The position numbers were made by a program, and so were the translations under genes. The notes below the pieces were generated by a model that did no database searches, was not told the origin of the DNA, and was given only the letters and a program-made list of their open reading frames with translations. From contig PDOO01000028.1 of assembly GCA_002742885.1 (NCBI GenBank), positions 22,849 through 86,848 of the forward strand: a stretch of 64,000 nucleotides of DNA. Reading direction: 5' to 3'. Shown piece after piece: positions 1-6,656 of this stretch (its first letter is position 1; the number at the start of each line of letters is the position of its first letter). This stretch comes from Candidatus Cloacimonadota bacterium (GTDB taxonomy: Bacteria; Cloacimonadota; Cloacimonadia; Cloacimonadales; GCA-2742885).

Positions 1-602
1 TTTTACTCATATTTGTTTTATCATCTTATTGTTTCGCTGCTGAAAATAAATATGAAGTTGAACACGGCGAAATTGTCTATAAAGTGAATTCCTCAATGCT
101 GGGAGAAGGAGAAACAATTCTTAAATTTACGGATTGGGGAGCTTACTCTTTATCCGTTACTTCTTTCAAAGGAGGTAACGGCAATTTAAAAATTATTCAA
201 ACTCCGGAATTTATTTATACCTTAGACGATGAACAAAAAACTTATATTAAATCTGATCCGAATGAAGATGAAGACGGCGAGACGGACATTTCTGCTTTTG
301 ATGAAGAATCGCTTGGTGAACCTGTCGGAACTGAAACAATAGCCGGTAAAAAATGCAATATCTATGAAGATTCTTCCGATGGAGCAAAAATTAAAATATG
401 GTTATGGAAAAACATTCCTTTTAAAACTGAGATAAAGCATCCTTTCATGAATTCGGAAAATGTCGCTGTCTCTTTCAGCGAAAAGAAAATTTCAAAATCT
501 GAATTTAAAGTACCGTCCGATTACAAGGAAAAAGAAAATCCGGCAGATGTTATGATGGAAGGATTTAAGAATATGTTTAAAAATATGGAAGAGAATCAAT
601 AA
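1..602 (+). CDS. hypothetical secreted protein (5' end lies outside the window)
   Basis: The frame of track ORF 84..602 stays open back to base 3. The extra residues (..LLIFVLSSYCFAAENKYEV) look like the tail of a signal peptide, so GTG 84 is probably not the start. No family recognised. A hairpin terminator follows. Confidence 0.55.
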   Translation, partial: LLIFVLSSYCFAAENKYEVEHGEIVYKVNSSMLGEGETILKFTDWGAYSLSVTSFKGGNGNLKIIQTPEFIYTLDDEQKTYIKSDPNEDEDGETDISAFDEESLGEPVGTETIAGKKCNIYEDSSDGAKIKIWLWKNIPFKTEIKHPFMNSENVAVSFSEKKISKSEFKVPSDYKEKENPADVMMEGFKNMFKNMEENQ

Positions 603-620
603 AAAGATTAAAAGATTAAA

Positions 621-648
621 GCCCTGAAGAAATTCAGGGCTTTTTTTT
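621..648 (+). terminator. rho-independent terminator (GCCCTGAA-gaaa-TTCAGGGC + T8)
   Basis: Perfect 8-bp stem 621-628/633-640, 4-nt loop, T-run 641-648. It lies between the convergent genes ending at 602 (+) and 665 (-). Confidence 0.8.
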
Positions 649-664
649 ATTTGTTATTTTATTA

Positions 665-1699
665 TCAATAATCCAAAGGCAGAGCTATTTTTTTACCGGT
701 TTTCGCCGATCTGTAAACGGCATGGATAATTTCCAAAGATTTACGCCCGGAACGTCCGTCGGTATTTGCTTCCGCTTTACCCAGCAAAGTATCAGTCACG
801 TTTTTATAATAAGGGAGATGACCCAAACCGTAAACATTTTGCGGTTGATAATTTGCCTCTTCAACCAAACGATCATCGTCGTCATACTCGGAAAATTCCC
901 ATTTCTCAATTTTATTTACGGCAATTCCGCCTATTTTGACTGTACCTTTTTCTCCCAGCACAGTAATGGAACCTTCAAAGTTTTTCGGATATGTAAGCAT
1001 GGTTACGTTTAACGAACCTATAACGCCGTTTCTGAATTTTAATATTGCCGAACCGGTGTCTTCCGTTTCTATGCGTCTTTCCATGGTTGCGGTTTCTGCC
1101 ATTACCGATTCCACTTCTCCTATCAACCAGTGAATTGCATCCACGTAATGAGAAGCTTGATTTGTAAATGCTCCGCCGTCAAATTCCCAAGTTCCTCTCC
1201 ATTTTGCCAAATCGTAATAACTTTGAGGACGTTGCCAAAAAACATTTGACTGCACGAGAAAAATACGTCCGAAACGTCCTTTGTCAATAGCTCTTTTCAA
1301 CAATTGCATAGTGCTGTTAAGACGGTTTTGTTTTACCACAAAAAGCTTAACTTTATTATTATCGCATGTTTTAATCAGATTATCAACATCATTAAGACGA
1401 ATTCCCATGGGTTTTTCTGTAATAACGTGAATGCCTTTGGACGCTGCTTTAATTCCCATTTCAGGGTGTATTCCGCTCGGAGTACATATTATTGCCGCAT
1501 CCAATTCTTCTTTATCCAACATTTCGATATAATTTGTATAATAATTCGGTATTTTATAGGTTTCTGCCGCCTGTTTTGCTCTTTCTTCAATAATATCGGC
1601 GCAAGCCTTTATTTCGGAAGTTTCAATCAAAGCAACGGATTCAAAATGTTTTTTTGATATACGTCCGCATCCGATAAGTCCGAATTTAATTTTTTTCAT
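665..1699 (-). CDS. Gfo/Idh/MocA-family NAD(P)-dependent oxidoreductase (sugar or nucleotide-sugar dehydrogenase type)
   Basis: N-terminal Rossmann motif MKKIKFGLIGCGRISKKH and EKP motif (ITEKPMG). Sits in a nucleotide-sugar gene cluster. Confidence 0.8.
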   Translation of the reverse strand: MKKIKFGLIGCGRISKKHFESVALIETSEIKACADIIEERAKQAAETYKIPNYYTNYIEMLDKEELDAAIICTPSGIHPEMGIKAASKGIHVITEKPMGIRLNDVDNLIKTCDNNKVKLFVVKQNRLNSTMQLLKRAIDKGRFGRIFLVQSNVFWQRPQSYYDLAKWRGTWEFDGGAFTNQASHYVDAIHWLIGEVESVMAETATMERRIETEDTGSAILKFRNGVIGSLNVTMLTYPKNFEGSITVLGEKGTVKIGGIAVNKIEKWEFSEYDDDDRLVEEANYQPQNVYGLGHLPYYKNVTDTLLGKAEANTDGRSGRKSLEIIHAVYRSAKTGKKIALPLDY

Positions 1700-1761
1700 A
1701 ATAACTCCGCATATTTATAGTTTTACAGAAAAGGGCAGGATTAAAAACTTACCCGATAATT

Positions 1762-2928
1762 TTAGTCGCGAGTAAAAAGATCTCGCGTATATACTTTTTC
1801 TTTTACGTCTATCAGATTTTCGCATAATCTGTTTGCAACTATTACGTCAGACATTTCTTTAAATTTATTCAAATCGTTTACTACTTTCGAATGGAAAAAT
1901 TCTTTCTCTTTAAGTACCGGTTCATGTACAATAACCTTAATCCCTTTTGCTTTGATTCTTTTCATCACTCCTTGAATGGAAGATGCTCTGAAATTATCTG
2001 AATCGGTTTTCATGGTTAAACGGTATATTCCGACAACTTCCGGTTTTTTTCTTAATATCATTTCCGCAACATGATCTTTTCTGGTACGATTGGCATCGAC
2101 TATGGCGGCGATCAGGTTATTGGGAACGTTATCGTAATTGGCTCTTAGTTGTTTTGTGTCTTTGGGAAGACAATATCCGCCGTAACCGAATGAAGGATTG
2201 TTGTAATGACTTCCTATGCGCGGGTCAAGACCGACTCCTTCTATGATTTGTTTTGAGTCAAGTCCTCTGATTTCTGCATAAGTATCCAATTCGTTAAAAT
2301 ATGCGACTCTCATTGCCAAATATGTATTTGAAAATAATTTAACGGCTTCTGCTTCGGTTGAATCGATAAACAGAGTCGGAATATTTTTTTTCTCGGCTCC
2401 TTCTTTAAGAAGTTCTGCAAATTTCTCGGCTTTTTCTGATTTTTCTCCTACAATAATTCTTGAAGGATAAAGATTATCGTAAAGAGCTTTTCCTTCGCGC
2501 AAAAATTCAGGCGAAAAAATAATATTGTCAATTTTATATCTTTCTTTGATTTCTTTTGTATATCCTACCGGCACGGTTGATTTAATTATCATGGTTGTTT
2601 GAGGATTAATTTCCAAAACATCTCTGATTACTTTTTCAACCGTATCCGTGTTAAAATAATTTTTTACCGGATCGTAATCGGTAGGGGTTGCTATTATTAC
2701 GAAATCGGCATTTTTATATGCAAATTCTTTATCGGCGGTTGCCGTAAGATCCAATTTTTTATTCTTCAAAAAATCTTCTATTTCCGCATCAACTATCGGG
2801 GATATTTTATTATTGATTTTTTCTATTTTTTCCTGTATAATATCAAGGGCTTTAACTTCATTTTGCTGAGCTAAAAGCACGGCATTGGATAATCCTACAT
2901 AACCTGTTCCGACTATAGTTATCTTCAT
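1762..2928 (-). CDS. ugd: UDP-glucose 6-dehydrogenase
   Basis: [16 protein letters not shown] Rossmann start and [11 protein letters not shown] catalytic-Cys motif. Start moved from track 2961 to ATG 2928, which has GGAGA 7 nt upstream. Confidence 0.9.
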   Translation of the reverse strand: MKITIVGTGYVGLSNAVLLAQQNEVKALDIIQEKIEKINNKISPIVDAEIEDFLKNKKLDLTATADKEFAYKNADFVIIATPTDYDPVKNYFNTDTVEKVIRDVLEINPQTTMIIKSTVPVGYTKEIKERYKIDNIIFSPEFLREGKALYDNLYPSRIIVGEKSEKAEKFAELLKEGAEKKNIPTLFIDSTEAEAVKLFSNTYLAMRVAYFNELDTYAEIRGLDSKQIIEGVGLDPRIGSHYNNPSFGYGGYCLPKDTKQLRANYDNVPNNLIAAIVDANRTRKDHVAEMILRKKPEVVGIYRLTMKTDSDNFRASSIQGVMKRIKAKGIKVIVHEPVLKEKEFFHSKVVNDLNKFKEMSDVIVANRLCENLIDVKEKVYTRDLFTRD

Positions 2929-3016
2929 ATTAAATTCTCCTGTTAAATAATTATCTGACAATTTTTATCTTTTATCAATTTGTCAAGTTTGAGATGATAT
3001 GTTTTTCCTTACTTAA

Positions 3017-4018
3017 TTATTGCTTATTTTTAAGTTTAAAGTTCCAGTTATCTCGGCACATGTCCGCTATGTCTTTTTCGGCTTTCCAGCCCATCTCTTT
3101 TTCGGCAAGAGACGGATCGGCATAAGAAATTGCCAAATCTCCGGCTCTTCTTTCCGTAAATTTAAACGGAACTTTTATTTTATTTACTTGTTCAAAAGCG
3201 TGAATTAATTCCAGTACGGATGTGCCTTTGCCCGTTCCCAGGTTATAAATATTAAGTCCTGGTTTTTGTTTTTCAAGAGCCGCAATATGTCCTTTTGCCA
3301 AATCGGTAACATGGATGTAATCTCTTATTCCGGTTCCGTCAACAGTTTCGTAATCATTTCCGAAAACGCTTAATTCTTTAAGTTCTCCGGCAGCAACTTT
3401 GTTAACGTAAGGCATCAGATTATTGGGGATTCCGTTAGGGTCTTCTCCGATTAATCCGCTTTCGTGAGCTCCGGCAGGATTGAAATATCTGAGTAAAGTT
3501 ACCCCGAAAGAAGGATTTGCCTTTACGAAGTCGGATAAAATTCGTTCGCTTACGGCTTTTGTCTCGCCGTAGGGATTGGCGGCAGGCAATAATTCCATAC
3601 TTTCGTCAAGCGGAGCGACATTATCTCCGTAAACCGTTGCCGAAGAGCTGAAAATAAAGTTTGTTACCGAAAATTCCCGGCAAATTTCGGCTAAGGTAAT
3701 TGTTCCGTAAAGATTATTGCGATAGTACATAAGAGGTTTTTCTACGGATTCGCCCACTGCTTTATACCCGGCAAAATGAATAATTCCGTCAAATTTATAT
3801 TTCTCGAAAATTTCTCTCATTGCAAGATAATCGGTTACGTCTTTCTTATGAAAGGGAATTTTGATTCCCGTAATTTTTTCTATTTTATCGATTACGTCTT
3901 CTTTACTGTTGGAAAGGTTATCGACGATTACGGCTTCGTAACCTGAATTTATCAATTCAACGCAGGTGTGGGAACCTATAAAACCGGTTCCTCCCGTTAC
4001 AAGTATAAGTTTTTTCAT
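3017..4018 (-). CDS. galE: UDP-glucose 4-epimerase
   Basis: VTGGTGFIGSH NAD-binding motif, SSSATVYG and PYGETK (YxxxK) motifs of the extended SDR / GalE type. Confidence 0.9.
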   Translation of the reverse strand: MKKLILVTGGTGFIGSHTCVELINSGYEAVIVDNLSNSKEDVIDKIEKITGIKIPFHKKDVTDYLAMREIFEKYKFDGIIHFAGYKAVGESVEKPLMYYRNNLYGTITLAEICREFSVTNFIFSSSATVYGDNVAPLDESMELLPAANPYGETKAVSERILSDFVKANPSFGVTLLRYFNPAGAHESGLIGEDPNGIPNNLMPYVNKVAAGELKELSVFGNDYETVDGTGIRDYIHVTDLAKGHIAALEKQKPGLNIYNLGTGKGTSVLELIHAFEQVNKIKVPFKFTERRAGDLAISYADPSLAEKEMGWKAEKDIADMCRDNWNFKLKNKQ

Positions 4019-4036
4019 TTTTTCATCCTTTGGATT

Positions 4037-5119
4037 TCAGTTTTTTAATAATTCTCTTACTATTATATCGGAAGCCGAGCCGTTTCCGTAAAGTTCAAGA
4101 TTAGTCTCGGGAAAATCCGGGATATTTTGTGCGATTTTTACAATATCATCACTTTTAACATTAACCAGTCTGTTGACGCCGTTTAGTATCAGTTCCGTCC
4201 ATTCTGTTTGATCACGAAGAGTAAGGCAGTATTTTTTAAAGAAAAAAGCTTCTTTCTGTAATCCTCCGCTGTCAGTCATTACAAACCGACAATTCTTTAT
4301 AAGCCAAATCATCTCCAAATATCCTGCCGGCTCAATCGTTAAAATATTTTTCAATATAATATTATTTTTCTGTAAGATATTGCGTGTTCTCGGATGCAGA
4401 GGAATTACGATAGTTCGATATTTGCTTATTTCTTCAAAAGAGGTAAATATTTTTTTTAGATTAAACAGATCATCGGTATTTGAGGGACGGTGAATTGTAG
4501 CCAGAATAAAATCTGACGGCAACTTATTTTGCGGTTTTTTAGCTGAATTTGAATAAAAAACGGCTGCATCAAGCATAACATCTCCGTTTTTGATAATCTT
4601 ACAATTTAATTTTTCGTAACCTTCATTTTTCAGATTCTGAACTGCCGAATCTGTCGGACAAAATAAAATATCGGAAATTCTGTCCGTTAATATACGGTTT
4701 ATTTCTTCCGGCATTTTCATATTGAAAGAACGTAACCCGGATTCAACATGAATAACTTTTATATGAAGTTTTTTTGCAGCCAAAGCTCCGGCAAGAGTGG
4801 AGTTTGTATCACCGTAAACCAAGACATAATCCGGTTTTTCTTTTACTAGAATTTCTTCTGTTTGTTCAAGCATACGTCCGGTCATGGCTCCGTGTCCGAT
4901 ACTGTTTATGTTTAAGTTGTAATGCGGTTTGGGTATTTTCATTTGTCCGAAAAATATTTTACTCATATTTTCATCAAAATGTTGACCTGTATGAATTATT
5001 ATCTCCTTGATTTTAATGTTTCCATTAATCTCATTATTTTTTATAATTGCTCGTGATACGGCTGCCGCTTTTACAAATTGCGGTCTTGCTCCTATAACTG
5101 TAACTATTTTTATATTCAT
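4037..5119 (-). CDS. wecB: UDP-N-acetylglucosamine 2-epimerase (non-hydrolysing)
   Basis: VIGARPQFVKAA N-terminus, HVESGLRSFN and TDSGGLQKEA motifs typical of WecB/MnaA. Confidence 0.9.
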   Translation of the reverse strand: MNIKIVTVIGARPQFVKAAAVSRAIIKNNEINGNIKIKEIIIHTGQHFDENMSKIFFGQMKIPKPHYNLNINSIGHGAMTGRMLEQTEEILVKEKPDYVLVYGDTNSTLAGALAAKKLHIKVIHVESGLRSFNMKMPEEINRILTDRISDILFCPTDSAVQNLKNEGYEKLNCKIIKNGDVMLDAAVFYSNSAKKPQNKLPSDFILATIHRPSNTDDLFNLKKIFTSFEEISKYRTIVIPLHPRTRNILQKNNIILKNILTIEPAGYLEMIWLIKNCRFVMTDSGGLQKEAFFFKKYCLTLRDQTEWTELILNGVNRLVNVKSDDIVKIAQNIPDFPETNLELYGNGSASDIIVRELLKN

Positions 5120-5145
5120 GATATGTCTCTTTTTTATTTTAATTC

Positions 5146-5164
5146 CGGTTACTGTGATTAACCG
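5146..5164. promoter_or_regulatory. perfect inverted repeat CGGTTA-N7-TAACCG in the wecB / pilin-like divergent intergenic region
   Basis: Read directly: cggtta 5146-5151, taaccg 5159-5164. It lies about 145-160 nt upstream of the sigma-54-like -24 element at 5308. Function unknown (operator or UAS candidate). Confidence 0.25.
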
Positions 5165-5306
5165 TTTTCATTTATAAACATTAATTTTTCTTTATTATGA
5201 GGGTGTCAAATAAAATCGGGGAAATATTATAATGAACTCATATTCTTTTACTGATTCAATTTGATTTTATTTGTTATTTTTTTTAAAAATAATATTATAG
5301 ATATTC

Positions 5307-5323
5307 ATGGAATAATAATTGCT
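5307..5323 (+). promoter_or_regulatory. candidate sigma-54 promoter (TGG-N8-TTGC)
   Basis: aTGGaataataaTTGCt with GG at 5309-5310 and GC at 5321-5322. Spacing is exactly that of TGGCAC-N5-TTGC. It ends 26 nt before ATG 5348. The -24 half is weaker than consensus (TGGAAT). Confidence 0.4.
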
Positions 5324-5347
5324 TAACACTCATTTGAGGAGATTTTA

Positions 5348-5752
5348 ATGGGAACTAATCAAATATTCTTAATGCTTTTGGCAGTTCTGATTGTCGGTTT
5401 GGGGATTATGGCTGCTTTAATAAAAATTCAAGATAATATTTTAAATACCAACAAAGAGGCTATAATTTCTGACCTGGTTATGCTTGCAAATAAAGCTCAT
5501 AAATATAAGTTGATGCCTAAAAGTTACGGCGGAGGAAGCAACAGTTATAATGAAATGGAAATAGGTGATTTAGGAAGTTTGGCTTTTACGGATAACGAAA
5601 ATGCGCTTTATCATATTCTTTCCTTGAGTAATGACGAAGTTGTTATTCAGGCAAAAGGCAAAAAAGGAAAAATAGGTTGGATTATTAATTGTACGGTAGA
5701 TAATGACGGCAAGACAAAAGTTGAAACCATTCAAAAAGCCCGATTTAATTAG
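5348..5752 (+). CDS. pilin/pseudopilin-like small protein, paralog 1 (non-canonical MG leader)
   Basis: GAGGAG RBS 6 nt upstream. An in-frame TAA at 5324-5326, with no start codon between it and ATG 5348, rules out a longer N-terminus. About 22 hydrophobic N-terminal residues run into an amphipathic helix (NKEAIISDLVMLANKAHKY), followed by a Gly-rich loop and a beta-rich C-terminus. Alignable over its full length with ORF 5972..6373. Confidence 0.6.
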   Translation: MGTNQIFLMLLAVLIVGLGIMAALIKIQDNILNTNKEAIISDLVMLANKAHKYKLMPKSYGGGSNSYNEMEIGDLGSLAFTDNENALYHILSLSNDEVVIQAKGKKGKIGWIINCTVDNDGKTKVETIQKARFN

Positions 5753-5898
5753 CAATGGATTTTACCGCTTAATGTAATCTTATTGCGACTGGTGTAATTA
5801 TTTTATGACATTACTTTGGGGCAAAATAAAATAATTATTTCTTGTTATTTTTTTGTAAATTGTTATTATTTAAAGAAATTAATTGATAAATAATTTTT

Positions 5899-5916
5899 CC
5901 GGCACGCTAATTGCAT
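5899..5916 (+). promoter_or_regulatory. sigma-54 promoter (cGGCACG-N4-TTGCA)
   Basis: GGCACG at 5901-5906 and TTGCA at 5911-5915. This matches the TGGCACG-N4-TTGCW consensus at every core position except the first T. It lies 57 nt upstream of ATG 5972. Confidence 0.65.
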
Positions 5917-5971
5917 ATTATAAAGAGCAAATTTAGTAAAAACTAAAAAACTAAAAAAGAAGGAGACTATT

Positions 5972-6373
5972 ATGGGTCAACAGCAAATCTTACTTATTGT
6001 ATTAACCATTATCTTGGTTGGTATTGCAGTCAGCGTCGGTATAACGATGTTCAGAGATCAAACTTTACAGTCAAACAAAGATGCGATTATTGCTGATTTA
6101 ACAACTCTTGCTCAAAGAGCTTATCAGTACAGAATCAAGCCTGAGTCCATGGGCGGCGGCGGCGGCGACTACGATGATCTGGAACTTACAGATTTAGGTT
6201 CAGCCGAAATGACTAACAATGCAAATGCTCAGTATGTTTTAACTTCTGCGGCTGCAGATGAAGTTGTTATTACCGCAACAGGTAAAATAGGAGCAACTCC
6301 TTGGACTATTACATGCACTACTGACGGTGCTGGTAAGAATACAATTGATATAACAACTCAAGCTTCATTCTAA
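5972..6373 (+). CDS. pilin/pseudopilin-like small protein, paralog 2 (non-canonical MG leader)
   Basis: GAAGGAGA RBS. MGQQQILLIVLTIILVGIAVSVGITMF hydrophobic N-terminus, then NKDAIIADLTTLAQRAYQY amphipathic helix, GGGGG loop and a beta-rich C-terminus. A strong terminator follows. Confidence 0.6.
   Translation: MGQQQILLIVLTIILVGIAVSVGITMFRDQTLQSNKDAIIADLTTLAQRAYQYRIKPESMGGGGGDYDDLELTDLGSAEMTNNANAQYVLTSAAADEVVITATGKIGATPWTITCTTDGAGKNTIDITTQASF
6152..6166 (+). repeat. (GGC)5 in-frame trinucleotide repeat encoding Gly5
   Basis: Read directly. The codons are in frame with ATG 5972 (M-GGGGG-D). The paralog has GGG encoded by mixed codons at the same position. Confidence 0.9.
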
Positions 6374-6391
6374 GAAGATAAATCTTGTTAT

Positions 6392-6419
6392 AAAGCCTCC
6401 TTCGGGAGGCTTTTTTTTT
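6392..6419 (+). terminator. rho-independent terminator (GCCTCC-ttcg-GGAGGC + T9)
   Basis: Stem 6395-6400/6405-6410 with UUCG tetraloop, then a T-run 6411-6419. Confidence 0.9.
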
Positions 6420-6656
6420 CTGTTTTTCCTCTTTCATTATCCATAATTTTTGTTTTTTTTACATTTATTGTATTAAAAATTGAAATAACTGTTTCATATC
6501 TCTTCTTGACAAGAGTTGCTTTTATTTTCATTGGGTTTGTCGCCTTTTTATAAAAAGGAAAAGAATAAATTCAATCTAAAATATCGGATAAAACCGGAAT
6601 TGATTCTTTTTTGATCTTCCGAGTTATCAACCGGTAAAAATTCCAAGGAGAAAGGG

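Noticed and set aside
6438-6446. DnaA-box-like TTATCCATA downstream of the pilin-like genes
   Set aside because: It is a single copy with one mismatch and no cluster of boxes, so it is insufficient to call an origin.
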